Shown piece by piece: positions 1 to 9,639 of a stretch of 64,000 nucleotides of DNA. A model generated the notes under the pieces. It was given only the letters and a program-made list of their open reading frames with translations. It had not been told where the DNA came from and ran no database searches. Numbering within the stretch: the first letter of the stretch is position 1; every line of letters begins with the position of its first letter. The position numbers and the translations under genes are program-made. The stretch comes from Candidatus Cloacimonadota bacterium (GTDB lineage Bacteria > Cloacimonadota > Cloacimonadia > JGIOTU-2). The stretch covers positions 224,001 to 288,000 of the forward strand of contig JBNGBT010000003.1 of assembly GCA_049903315.1 (NCBI GenBank), given 5' to 3'.

Positions 1-1074
1 ACCTCTTCCTGGGCCGACAGTGACTTCCATTTCCCGTGCGGCTTTAATAATATCCCACACAATAAGAAAATAGCTCCCGAATCCCATTTTTTTTATAACT
101 GCAAGCTCATGCTCGATTCGATCTTTTATTTCATCAGTCAACTCATCATATTTTTTTTCAACTCCCTCATATACAAGCTTTCTTAAATATTCATATTCAT
201 CAGAATATCCTTCCGGAATCGTGAAGTTCGGAAAGAGGAAACCCTCATAATCCAGTTCGAGATTGCATTTATCTGCTACTTTCAGTGTGTTCTCAATTGC
301 TTCGGGAATATCACTAAAAAGACTCTTCATTTCATTTGGACTGCGGAAGTATATCTGATCCGTAGTAAATTTCATCCGGTTGTCATCTTCCAGGATTTTT
401 CCTGTTTGAATACACAGCAGTACATCCTGAGCTTTTGCATCGATTTTTTTTATAAAATGACAATCATTTGTTGCCACAAGCGGAGCACCGGTTTCTTTTG
501 AAAGTTTCCTAAGTTTTTTAATCAGGTCTTCCTCTTTATCAAGCCCAAGCCGCATAATCTCAAGGTAGAAATTTTCCTTTCCGAATATCTTCTGATATTT
601 TTCTACAACAGACACTGCTTTATCGTATTTGTTTTGAAGGATCATCTGGGATACCTCACCCTGCATGCAGCCGCTAAGCCCGAGAAGTCCTTCAGAATAT
701 TTTGTAAGCAGTTTTTTATCAATTCTCGGTCTGTAGTAATGCCCCTGTATGAAGGCAATACTGGAAAGTTTCATGAGATTGTGATACCCGATTTGATCTT
801 TCGCAAGCAAGGTGATGTGATGACGGCTTTGCTGTTTATCCTTTTCAGATAAAATGCTTCCGTTTATAATGTATCCTTCCATCCCAATAATGGGTTTGAT
901 GTGATGAGCTTTCGCTGTTTTGTAAAAATCGATCGCACCAAACATATTGCCATGGTCCGTCATGGCGAGTGCAGGCATTTGCCACTCGGAAGCCAGCTTC
1001 ATCAGGTCGGTGATTCGGCTTGCACCATCTAAGAGACTGTACTGAGTGTGGTTGTGAAGATGGACAAAGGACAC
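1..1074 (-). CDS. dnaE: DNA polymerase III alpha subunit, N-terminal part (truncated by window edge)
   Basis: Absent from the ORF track. The minus strand from GTG at 1074 reads (M)SFVHLHNHTQYSLLDGA...AMTDHGNMFG, the PHP-domain motifs of DnaE. AAGGAG RBS just upstream; the frame runs toward position 1. Confidence 0.95.
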   Translation of the reverse strand, partial: MSFVHLHNHTQYSLLDGASRITDLMKLASEWQMPALAMTDHGNMFGAIDFYKTAKAHHIKPIIGMEGYIINGSILSEKDKQQSRHHITLLAKDQIGYHNLMKLSSIAFIQGHYYRPRIDKKLLTKYSEGLLGLSGCMQGEVSQMILQNKYDKAVSVVEKYQKIFGKENFYLEIMRLGLDKEEDLIKKLRKLSKETGAPLVATNDCHFIKKIDAKAQDVLLCIQTGKILEDDNRMKFTTDQIYFRSPNEMKSLFSDIPEAIENTLKVADKCNLELDYEGFLFPNFTIPEGYSDEYEYLRKLVYEGVEKKYDELTDEIKDRIEHELAVIKKMGFGSYFLIVWDIIKAAREMEVTVGPGRG

Positions 1075-1110
1075 ATTTTCTCCTTAAGAATTTTGATTAT
1101 TCATAGAGAT

Positions 1111-1142
1111 AAAAAAAAGGCAGTCAAATATTTTCGACTGCC
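1111..1142 (-). terminator. Probable intrinsic terminator after rplU-rpmA
   Basis: GGCAGTC (1119-1125) / GACTGCC (1136-1142) stem followed on the minus strand by an 8-U tract. Confidence 0.7.
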
Positions 1143-1171
1143 GATGTGATTTTTATATATTTCTGAAAAAT

Positions 1172-1456
1172 TTAGTTTAATTTTTCGTACACACTCACCT
1201 GACGGGTTCGTTTTCTTGTCGTGCGGAAACCTGTAAATCGATAGGGCTCGAATTTCACAAAACCATCTATAAGTGCATATATTGTAAAATCGTTCCCAAG
1301 ACCTACATTTTTACCAGGATGTATCTTTGTGCCTTTTTGACGAACGATGATATTTCCCTTTTCGACAAATTGTCCGGCATATTTCTTCACACCAAGATAT
1401 TTTGGATTACTATCTCTTCCGTTTTGAGTGCTGCCTACACCTTTTTTATGTGCCAT
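1172..1456 (-). CDS. rpmA: 50S ribosomal protein L27
   Basis: [24 protein letters not shown]...IIVRQKGT signature; downstream of rplU. Confidence 0.98.
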   Translation of the reverse strand: MAHKKGVGSTQNGRDSNPKYLGVKKYAGQFVEKGNIIVRQKGTKIHPGKNVGLGNDFTIYALIDGFVKFEPYRFTGFRTTRKRTRQVSVYEKLN

Positions 1457-1464
1457 GATATCCT

Positions 1465-1782
1465 CTAATTAATAATTATATCTTTAATCTTTATTTCCGT
1501 AAAATCCTGACGATGTCCTTGTTTTCGACTGTAACTTTTACGTTTCTTTTTCTTGAAAACAATAATCTTTCTGTCTTTTCCATGACCAAGTACTTCAGCG
1601 ATCACTTTGGCTCCTTTTACAGAAGGTTTGCCAATATGTGTCTTGTTGTCATCATCGAGAAGTAAAAGGGAATCGATCTCAATTTCCGAGCCGATCTCTT
1701 TGTCTTCAAGATATGCAACATGAAGGACATCATCTTTTTGAACTTTTTGCTGCTGCCCTTTAAAATCTATTATTGCGTACAT
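1465..1782 (-). CDS. rplU: 50S ribosomal protein L21
   Basis: MYAII..G.Q.KV and [24 protein letters not shown] motifs. Start moved to ATG 1782, which has an AAGGAG RBS. Confidence 0.97.
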   Translation of the reverse strand: MYAIIDFKGQQQKVQKDDVLHVAYLEDKEIGSEIEIDSLLLLDDDNKTHIGKPSVKGAKVIAEVLGHGKDRKIIVFKKKKRKSYSRKQGHRQDFTEIKIKDIIIN

Positions 1783-1856
1783 CTCTAACTCCTTATAATT
1801 AGGAACTGCAAACTTCCAATGCACTTTTTGTGTGTCAAGTTTTATGAAGTTTTACA

Positions 1857-3365
1857 CTACACCTGATATAGATCGGTAATATCCTTCTTTGATTTGGATG
1901 AAATAATTTTATAATCAGTGATTCTCATCTCTCCATCAAGACTGAATTTCCATGTAAATGGGTACTCTGCTTTGATGACCGGTTTTTTTTCCAGAATATA
2001 TTCATAAACCCATGGATGAATGTGTATTTCAAGCTCATCTTTCGAGTGATATTTTGCTGCACGATCCATCCATCGGAAAATATTATCGAGAATACTGATG
2101 CGTGACAGCACCCGTCCCGTACTCTGGCAACTGGGGCACTGTTCATAGAAATTGGAAAGCATGTTTGACTTTGCGCGTTTTCGGGTCATTTCAACCATAT
2201 TCAAAGGGCTGGAGGAAAATATTTTATTCGGACAGTAGTCCTTACTCATTTCTTCTCGGAAAGTTTGAAGTACCTTCAGGCGGTTCTCCGGTTTGTACAT
2301 ATCGATAAAATCAATAAAGATCATACCTGTAAGGTCCTGCAGACGGATCTGGCGCGCAACCTCTTTGGACGCTTCAATGTTTGTGAGTGTCACAGTATTT
2401 TCAAGACTTTTATTGCCGACGAAACTGCCTGTATTTACATCAATGGAGACGAGGGCTTCTGTCTGCTGTATGACAATAAAACCGCCGCTATCAAGATATA
2501 TTCTGGAGCGGAATATCTTGGAAAGTTCTTTCTCGATCCCATAGGCGTCGAATATATTTGCATCTTCTCGATACAATCTGATTTTTTTTATCAGATCAGG
2601 AGCGATCATTTTCAGCCGTTTAATAATATTTGCTCTCACCTTTTTTGAATCTATGATCACTTTATCTATATTTTTGTGAATAAGATCCCTGATGATGGTC
2701 GAAGTGAGGTCATTATCGTTATAAATGCAGGTTGGATTGGGTGAGTCTTTGAATTTTTGCTGAATCTCATGCCATGTTTTTTTGAGATTTCTATATTCTT
2801 TTTTAAATTCCTGCTCAGTATGATACTCCGCAAAAGTTCTGACTATGAGTCCGACATCCTTTTCTTTTAAATCTGAAAAAATATGTTTTAGGCGACGTTT
2901 TTCTTTGCTTGAACTTATTTTTCTGGAGATGGCTATATAATTTTTATTTGGCATATATACCATGAAGCGTCCGGGTATCGATATCTCTCCTGTGAGCCGT
3001 GCGCCTTTTTTAGAAATAGGTGCTTTTTCCACTTCAACCATTACTTCCTGACCGCTTTCGAGGAGTTCACCCATCTTATAAATATCGTTCTTGATCTCTT
3101 TCAGGCTGGAATCATCGATTTCTTCGAGGTCCATAAAATCAGGAACCGCATCGCGGAAATGCAGCAGGGCTGTTCGTTCCAAACCGATATCAATGAAGCT
3201 AGCGCCCATTCCAGGGACGTTATCTTTTACAATTCCCTTGTAGATATTACCTACAATTTCATTCTGGTCTTCTCGGTGTATAAATAGCTCTACAAGTTTG
3301 TTGTTTTCAAGAAACGCCATTCGATTGGCAAAAGTGCTGATGTTGACTACTAATTCACTTTTCAT
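1857..3365 (-). CDS. Ribonuclease E/G family (Rne/Rng)
   Basis: S1 domain GNIYKG.V...VPGMGASFIDIG, plus SIDVNTG, IFIDFIDM and the CPSCQSTG Zn-link. Probable start MKSELVV. Confidence 0.93.
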   Translation of the reverse strand: MKSELVVNISTFANRMAFLENNKLVELFIHREDQNEIVGNIYKGIVKDNVPGMGASFIDIGLERTALLHFRDAVPDFMDLEEIDDSSLKEIKNDIYKMGELLESGQEVMVEVEKAPISKKGARLTGEISIPGRFMVYMPNKNYIAISRKISSSKEKRRLKHIFSDLKEKDVGLIVRTFAEYHTEQEFKKEYRNLKKTWHEIQQKFKDSPNPTCIYNDNDLTSTIIRDLIHKNIDKVIIDSKKVRANIIKRLKMIAPDLIKKIRLYREDANIFDAYGIEKELSKIFRSRIYLDSGGFIVIQQTEALVSIDVNTGSFVGNKSLENTVTLTNIEASKEVARQIRLQDLTGMIFIDFIDMYKPENRLKVLQTFREEMSKDYCPNKIFSSSPLNMVEMTRKRAKSNMLSNFYEQCPSCQSTGRVLSRISILDNIFRWMDRAAKYHSKDELEIHIHPWVYEYILEKKPVIKAEYPFTWKFSLDGEMRITDYKIISSKSKKDITDLYQV

Positions 3366-3395
3366 GAAAAAAGCCTCCAAAAAATAAATAAAAAA

Positions 3396-5858
3396 TTAAT
3401 ACAGTTCGATTCTTTCTATATAAAAAGTTCCAATTTGCTCTTGTGAATAAAGAAAAGCCCTCTCAAGGATTTCAAAAATGTTTAGTCCTAATTTTTTAAA
3501 AATGTCGACACCATTTGATAACAGTTTCACTTTCACAAAATACTCGCTTAAAAATATTTCTTTATTCTTTCTTTCCGAATAAAAATGTATATCCTGAAAA
3601 CTTAATATCTTTTGCCAATCAATTGATTTATCATCAGAAGTTATTCGTATATGCTCCCCTGTTAAACGCATCTTATAAGAAGAGCCCATATACGCAACTT
3701 CTTTGAGAACCAGATCTTTTGGCAGATTCACGTCAAGTTTTTTCCTTATTTCCTCTTCATTAATTATATTAAGTAGTGAAAAAGAAAAAATTTCCTTTCT
3801 TCCAGCCATCCCGAGGCTGAGGGGAGGACCAAAAGATATTTTTGGATGGCGATTAAAACCCTCCGTATGATAGACAGGCAAAGAACTCTTCCTAAGAATT
3901 GTATAAACGAGAGCGGAGAGCTCTTTGTGGGAAATAAAGCGCAACTTGTCGCCCTTTTCATATACAACCTTGTATACGAATCGAGAATTAACTTCTTGGA
4001 TTATTGGGTGAAGTTGCGGGGTATCAATAATTGGAATTGGAGTTTCCTTTGTATAAATTGGCGACATATTATTACATATTCCACACTGTGAACATTCACC
4101 ATCTCTGCAATCCTCAGTTAAGATGTACTGTTTGGATTTATTATACTCTTCAACAAAAAAATCCTTTTTGATTCCACAGTCAATATGATCCCAGGGAAGA
4201 GCTGAATCAACAGGAATTTCATCGTAATATTTATTAAGATCGATGCCTGTTGTCTCTGCAGATTTTTCCCACAATGAATAATCAAAAGAGGTATTCCATG
4301 CATCGAATTGTGCACCATTTTTATAAGCTTCGTAAATGAGGTTACCAACTATCCTGTCACCTCGTGCAATAACAACTTCAAGCTTAGATTGCTCAATCGT
4401 ATGATATTTGATCGTGATCTTTTTAGTTTTTGAAAAATAATGTTTTATAAGCGATACCTTATACAGAAATTCTTCTGTTGAATCTTGTCGGCACCACTGA
4501 AAAGGCGTATGAGGTTTTGGTACAAATGGCGCTATGCTGACATTTATCTTTGCAATTCTTTTAGGATTTACTGCATACATTTTTTCAATGAGCGTTATAA
4601 TCGACTCAATATCATCTTCTGTTTCTCCAGGAAGTCCTACCATGAAATATAGTTTGATAGAGCGAATCCCAAGATTTAGAGCATTTGCGACTGAGGTGAG
4701 AATTTCTTCCTCGCTGATATTTTTATTAATACTGTCTCTGAGCCGTTGAGAACCGGCTTCCGGTGCGAGTGTAATTGTCTTACCAAGTATCTTCGCAAGC
4801 TTGGGTTGAAAACTATCATCAAACGTATCGATTCTTAAAGAGGGCAAAGAGATCGTGATGTTCGATTTTGGAAGCGTCTGCATAAGAGAAGAAAGGAGCG
4901 GTTGGATCGCAGAATAATCTGAAGTGGAAAGTGAGTTTAAAGAAATCTCTTCCCATCCGTTGACCGCAATATCATCATAAATTTGCTTTTCCAACAAACT
5001 GCAATCCCGCTCTCTCACAGGACGGTAGATCATGCCTGCCTGGCAAAAACGGCAGCCGCGTGCACATCCTCTCATTATCTCAAATGCAGGTCTGCGATGC
5101 ACTATGTCTATTATCGGCATCAATTGAGGAGAGTGCATTTTGTTTGGAACGTTAAAATCTTTGAAAAACCTTCGTGTAATTCTCGTGGGCACATCAACTT
5201 GCTTTGGCATGATATACGTTCCCGAATCATCGCTCATTTGCATGTAAAAAAACGGGACATAGATGCCCTGAATTTGAGAAAGGAGATGTAATTTTTTATC
5301 TCTTGATTCCAACTTATTTTGTCTGAGGAGTTCTACAATTTCCAGTATCACATCCTCGCCGTCACCGATAACAAATGCATCAATAAAGTAAGATAAAGGT
5401 TCAGGATTGTATACTCCGGGACCTCCTGCAATGACGATCGGGTCTGATTCAGTTCTTTCTGCGGACAATATTGGAATTTGTGCAAGATCGAGCATTAAAA
5501 GGATATTGGTGCAGGAAAGTTCATACTGAAGAGTGAATCCAAGAATATCGAAATCTTTCAATGGAACACTATCTTCAATTGAAAAGAGAGGAATAGATTT
5601 TTCCCTCAATAATTTTATAAGGTCGACATCCGGCGCATACACTCTGTCTGCTGCAAAATGTTTATCATTATTAATTATAGAGTAAAGAATTTTGAGCCCA
5701 AGATGGGACATGCCGACTTCATAAAGGTCGGGAAATGCAAGTGCTATATTGAAATATTGTTCAGATATTTTTTTCTTTTTAGTATTGTGCTCGTTGTTTG
5801 TGTATCGTCCCGGTCTTTTAAGAAAATAGAGGTATTTCGTAATATCGATTGTGCGCAC
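3396..5858 (-). CDS. B12-binding radical SAM protein (TIGR03960-like) fused to a radical-SAM-linked domain (TIGR03936/DUF2344-like)
   Basis: FPDLYEVGMSHLG, RGCARGCRFCQAG (CxxxCxxC) and APEAGSQRLR. C-terminal K...LRFISH...EGFNRHPKISFGPPL domain. Usual position upstream of rng. Confidence 0.9.
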   Translation of the reverse strand: MRTIDITKYLYFLKRPGRYTNNEHNTKKKKISEQYFNIALAFPDLYEVGMSHLGLKILYSIINNDKHFAADRVYAPDVDLIKLLREKSIPLFSIEDSVPLKDFDILGFTLQYELSCTNILLMLDLAQIPILSAERTESDPIVIAGGPGVYNPEPLSYFIDAFVIGDGEDVILEIVELLRQNKLESRDKKLHLLSQIQGIYVPFFYMQMSDDSGTYIMPKQVDVPTRITRRFFKDFNVPNKMHSPQLMPIIDIVHRRPAFEIMRGCARGCRFCQAGMIYRPVRERDCSLLEKQIYDDIAVNGWEEISLNSLSTSDYSAIQPLLSSLMQTLPKSNITISLPSLRIDTFDDSFQPKLAKILGKTITLAPEAGSQRLRDSINKNISEEEILTSVANALNLGIRSIKLYFMVGLPGETEDDIESIITLIEKMYAVNPKRIAKINVSIAPFVPKPHTPFQWCRQDSTEEFLYKVSLIKHYFSKTKKITIKYHTIEQSKLEVVIARGDRIVGNLIYEAYKNGAQFDAWNTSFDYSLWEKSAETTGIDLNKYYDEIPVDSALPWDHIDCGIKKDFFVEEYNKSKQYILTEDCRDGECSQCGICNNMSPIYTKETPIPIIDTPQLHPIIQEVNSRFVYKVVYEKGDKLRFISHKELSALVYTILRKSSLPVYHTEGFNRHPKISFGPPLSLGMAGRKEIFSFSLLNIINEEEIRKKLDVNLPKDLVLKEVAYMGSSYKMRLTGEHIRITSDDKSIDWQKILSFQDIHFYSERKNKEIFLSEYFVKVKLLSNGVDIFKKLGLNIFEILERAFLYSQEQIGTFYIERIELY

Positions 5859-5876
5859 ATCATTCCTTGCTGTGAA

Positions 5877-6497
5877 TTACCTGTTTTTCACATAACTCGG
5901 GAATACATGCCACGGTACATCTTTCCCTTTCAGGATATATTTTTTGTAAAAATCCTCTTTTTTATAAGAATATAATTGGGTTTGTTCCAAGTCGCCATCA
6001 TTGCCGAGCATATTTGTGCTGTCTTGAGCTGCGAGGACTATGCTTTTATCCTCAAACAGGTCGCGGTGCAAAACTCCTTTTTTCTGGAGATTTAAACCAA
6101 TAACAAAGAGCACCACAAAGATCACTACAAGCGCAGTTAATTTAAAAAAAACTTTTGGAATTAGAACTTTTTTTGCGTTTTCCTTTGATATTTTCGCAAA
6201 TGGCGTATGCTGTTTTTTCTCTTTAGGAGCATATTGCTCTTTGTAGAGATTCATGGTTTTATCAATACTGGCTCCGATATAACGGGCATAATTCAGAATA
6301 TGCATCCGTGCAAACCTGATATCGAGCAATTCGTGAAGTGAATCATTCTCGATTGCATCCAGAAACTGGATCTTGATCATGGTTTTCTCATGCACATCTT
6401 CAAGAGATATATTCTTGAAAATTCTGAATGCTTTGAGGTATCCCCCAATGGTTTCAGATGATTGCTTCTCTTCTTTTTCCGAAAATTTTAATGCCAT
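5877..6497 (-). CDS. RodZ-like HTH (XRE) membrane protein
   Basis: IGGYLKAFR...ISLEDVHEKTMI...LDAIEND...YARYIG HTH followed by one TM helix and a short external part. Confidence 0.75.
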   Translation of the reverse strand: MALKFSEKEEKQSSETIGGYLKAFRIFKNISLEDVHEKTMIKIQFLDAIENDSLHELLDIRFARMHILNYARYIGASIDKTMNLYKEQYAPKEKKQHTPFAKISKENAKKVLIPKVFFKLTALVVIFVVLFVIGLNLQKKGVLHRDLFEDKSIVLAAQDSTNMLGNDGDLEQTQLYSYKKEDFYKKYILKGKDVPWHVFPSYVKNR

Positions 6498-6506
6498 TAA
6501 AATCCT

Positions 6507-6848
6507 TTATTTCCACAGTACATACATCATCAACGAACCTGCGACATTGCAGGCAATATCTTTATAACTAAAATGCTGTCCCCGAACTTTATCGTCAAAA
6601 ATTTCTTTAAATATTCCGTATAAAGTTGTCAGACTAAATGCCCAGGTCCTGCTTATTCCTGATTTTATGTGCCCTGCGTTTTTCAATGTCTCGTACTGCC
6701 AGCAGTACACAAAAGCCGAAGAAAGAAAATGCGAGTATGAATCATGAGCTAGAAGAGGTTCATCGAAAAGCTTCAACGGTTCTGCTTCAAGGTGTAGAGG
6801 ACAAAAACATATTGCCAATAAAACCAGAGATATTACAAGAAATCTCAT
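6507..6848 (-). CDS. YfiM-like small membrane protein
   Basis: D..SHF.SS ... KEIFD ... FSYKDI..N..G pattern. Start uncertain (6863 or 6848). Confidence 0.55.
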   Translation of the reverse strand: MRFLVISLVLLAICFCPLHLEAEPLKLFDEPLLAHDSYSHFLSSAFVYCWQYETLKNAGHIKSGISRTWAFSLTTLYGIFKEIFDDKVRGQHFSYKDIACNVAGSLMMYVLWK

Positions 6849-6956
6849 GCAGAAGAATATCATTTCTCAAATTTTTCTGTCAAAATATCGTTCATTTATA
6901 CCTGGATCGGATAGGTTATAAAAAAGGTTCGGTAAAAATTCATTCATACTAAAAAT

Positions 6957-6991
6957 AAAAGAATTGCTGCTCTCGGGCACACAATTCTTTT
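6957..6991 (-). terminator. Hairpin, probable terminator downstream of the pilin-like gene
   Basis: AAAAGAATTG...CAATTCTTTT inverted repeat with A/T tracts on both sides. Confidence 0.55.
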
Positions 6992-7014
6992 GTCGAAATA
7001 AATATTCAAAAAGT

Positions 7015-7419
7015 TTAGGGCAACCAACTCTTATCGATCACATCTTCGGCGTTTTCAACTGACCAATAGTCTTTTTCAAAATTATAAATGATCTTTGCGC
7101 CGGCTTTTCCGAATTTGGGCGTTGTGACTGCTATGACGGTTGTGTCTGTAAGTTCAAAATCGAAATAAAATTTGTTTTCGAGCTCGTTGGTGAGATTGAG
7201 CATGGTTATGTCAAATGCATTATAGCCTTGTTCTGCATTGAACGCTTCGTTCGCTTGCAAAATGATTTCAAAAGTTGGGAAAACCTCGAGGTTCATTCGA
7301 TCTTTATTTCGTTTTTCTCCAATTGCAGGGAAAACGAGGATCACGATTATACCCACGATCAGTATAACCATCAAAACTTCTATCAATGTCGCCTTTTTTG
7401 CAGGATCTTGCTGTGCCAT
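7015..7419 (-). CDS. Type IV pilin-like protein with atypical cleavage site
   Basis: KKA-TLIEVLMVILIVGIIVILVFP resembles the pilin N-terminal helix (TLIE...P). GGAGG RBS; TTGACA upstream at 7464-7469. Confidence 0.75.
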   Translation of the reverse strand: MAQQDPAKKATLIEVLMVILIVGIIVILVFPAIGEKRNKDRMNLEVFPTFEIILQANEAFNAEQGYNAFDITMLNLTNELENKFYFDFELTDTTVIAVTTPKFGKAGAKIIYNFEKDYWSVENAEDVIDKSWLP

Positions 7420-7885
7420 CGCACCTCCAATTTGGTTATAAAATTTGGAAATACGCTTTGGGTTGTCAAAATATTTGTAAATGAAAGAGATTATTGTTCA
7501 AATTCTTGAATTTAACAAATCACAGAATTGCTATAAGAAATCATGTGGTTCGTCCCCTATATTATAAAGAAATATTGACTCACCATTCTAGTCTGTCTTG
7601 GTGTAATGATATGAAAGCGGATGTTGAGTACGCAAGAATGGAATCTAACGTTACTAAATACTATATTCTCATTTTCTCTATGATCTATGTGGTTTCAATC
7701 AGTATAACTAATACACTTTCGCACCGAAATCCCAACCCGAACTTCAAGCTGGCGGATGTAGACCAGGTCGATTTAGAGGTGCTTTTCCTGGTTAAAATAT
7801 TTACTTTGGCAGACTTCCAAAAACACAAATTAATTGACACAAAATTCCAATGGCCGCATTCGTATTTCATCTTAATCAATAAAAT

Positions 7886-8644
7886 ATGAATCAAAAGATG
7901 AAAAAAGCATTAATCATAATCCCGACGTATAATGAATCTGAGAATATTCAAAAGCTCATTCCAAAAGTGCTTTCTGAAGACAAGCGGGTAGAAATACTGA
8001 TCGTAGATGATAACTCGCCGGACGGCACTGCCGGACTCGTGAAAGATATCATGAAAACCAATCCGAAAGTGCATATCCTTGAGCGTGAAGGCAAAATGGG
8101 ACTTGGAAGTGCGTACATTGCAGGATTCAAATATGCTCTAAAACATAACTATGATTATGTATTCGAGATGGATGCTGATTTTTCTCACAATCCCGATGAT
8201 ATTCCGGACTTTTTGGAAGCTATCAAAGCAAATGATCTGGTAATCGGATCGCGATATATTACAGGAGTGAATGTCATAAATTGGCCCTTCCGACGTTTGC
8301 TGCTCAGCATTGGTGCATCGAAATATGTACGTTTAATTACATCACTTCCTATCAAAGACCCTACTGGCGGATTTAAATGCTTCAGGAAGGAAGTTCTCGA
8401 AGCGCTCGATCTCGATAATGTGATGTCCGACGGTTACTCGTTTCAAATCGAAGTGAATTACAAAGTGTGGAAAAAGGGGCTTCGTATAAAAGAGATTCCC
8501 ATCGTTTTTTACGAACGTATTAACGGGAAATCAAAAATGTCTAAAAAGATTGTACGAGAGGCGATTATAAGGGTGTGGCAGTTGCGCTTCTTCCCTGAAT
8601 ACTGGGAGCGTCGTCGAAGAAAAAAGCAGTTAAGAAAATCATAG
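7886..8644 (+). CDS. Polyprenol monophosphomannose synthase-like GT2 glycosyltransferase
   Basis: IIPTYNE, VDDNSPDGT, GLGSAY, EMDADFSH and GFKCFR motifs. Confidence 0.92.
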   Translation: MNQKMKKALIIIPTYNESENIQKLIPKVLSEDKRVEILIVDDNSPDGTAGLVKDIMKTNPKVHILEREGKMGLGSAYIAGFKYALKHNYDYVFEMDADFSHNPDDIPDFLEAIKANDLVIGSRYITGVNVINWPFRRLLLSIGASKYVRLITSLPIKDPTGGFKCFRKEVLEALDLDNVMSDGYSFQIEVNYKVWKKGLRIKEIPIVFYERINGKSKMSKKIVREAIIRVWQLRFFPEYWERRRRKKQLRKS

Positions 8645-8672
8645 TTCATCGTTTTCGCAACAAGTTGTTTTT

Positions 8673-9536
8673 ATGAAATCCAAATTAAAGATCGTATTAG
8701 AATATCTTCTCATTCTCATCGGAGCAGCTCTGATGGGTTTGTCCATTGTGCTGTTTCTATCCCCGAATAAGATCGCAGCGGGTGGCGTAAGCGGTCTTTC
8801 CGTTGTTATCAACCATCTCTTTAATTTTCCCATCGGAATTGTTATGCTGGTATTCAATATTCCCCTTTTTCTCATCGGATTAAAAGTACTTGGCAAACGA
8901 TTCGGCATCCGCACGCTCTTTGGTATGATCGCGTTCTCATTATTTACAGATTTTTTTAATAATGTGCTCCATCTGCCGGCCGTGACAGAAAATCCTCTCC
9001 TTGCCAGTCTTTATGGCGGACTCCTTCTTGGTATCGGGCTGGGTATTGTATTCAAGGCAAATGGTTCGACAGGGGGTTCGGATATCGTAGCCCAGATATT
9101 CAGCCAGAAGAGGATCATGACCGCAGGAAATACGTTCATTTTGATAGATTTTATTGTGATCAGTCTTGCAGGCTTGTGCTTCAAGGGAGTCGAGTATGCA
9201 CTCTGGGGTTTTATCGCATTATATGTTTCAAGCAAAATCGTTGATGTCATTATTGCCGGACTCGGCTATGCAAAAGCGTCGCTCATCATATCCGATAAAT
9301 CTGAAGAAATAAAAGAAATAATATTTGAGAAAATGAACAGGGGCATCACCTTCCTGAAAAGTGAAGGAGCTTATTCCCACAAAAATCGAGACGTGATCCT
9401 GTGCATTGTATCCAGGAGAGAAGTGGCAAAACTCAGTGAAATTGTAAAAGCAACAGATCCCGATGCGTTTGTGATCATCCAGGAAGTTCATCAAGTTCTG
9501 GGCAAGGGCTTCAAACCAAGAGAAAATATTGTATAA
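8673..9536 (+). CDS. YitT family membrane protein
   Basis: GGVSGL, NIPLF and GSTGGSDI motifs; C-terminal RGIT...GAYS...DPDAF...V.G.GF domain. Confidence 0.92.
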   Translation: MKSKLKIVLEYLLILIGAALMGLSIVLFLSPNKIAAGGVSGLSVVINHLFNFPIGIVMLVFNIPLFLIGLKVLGKRFGIRTLFGMIAFSLFTDFFNNVLHLPAVTENPLLASLYGGLLLGIGLGIVFKANGSTGGSDIVAQIFSQKRIMTAGNTFILIDFIVISLAGLCFKGVEYALWGFIALYVSSKIVDVIIAGLGYAKASLIISDKSEEIKEIIFEKMNRGITFLKSEGAYSHKNRDVILCIVSRREVAKLSEIVKATDPDAFVIIQEVHQVLGKGFKPRENIV

Positions 9537-9543
9537 TAAAATG

Positions 9544-9620
9544 AACCACGAAATACACGAAAATAAAATCAATTGGATTTCTATTCTTTCTTATTCTCCT
9601 TTTCGTATTTTTTCGTGGTT
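9544..9620. repeat. Imperfect terminal inverted repeat (MITE/REP-like element)
   Basis: AACCACGAAATACACGAAAA (9544-9563) ... TTTTCGTATTTTTTCGTGGTT (9600-9620) around a 36-nt AT-rich spacer. Confidence 0.6.
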
Positions 9621-9639
9621 AAAATAAAAAGGAGTTTTT

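Noticed and set aside
1456..1465. Missing prp (ysxB) between rplU and rpmA
   Set aside because: Expected, since L27 starts directly at MAHKK with no cleavable extension.
7557..7645. Minus-strand peptide FHSCVLNIRFHII resembling an IS200 TnpA N-terminus
   Set aside because: Too short, with no KYR or HUH motifs following; likely chance.
7775..7830. AGAGGTGC resembling a lysine riboswitch 5' end
   Set aside because: The downstream conserved elements and the required length are absent.
7494..7889. 131-aa plus-strand ORF in the pilin/GT2 intergenic region
   Set aside because: TTG start with no RBS and no recognisable motif, and it runs across the GT2 promoter. Treated as non-coding, though a small gene cannot be excluded.
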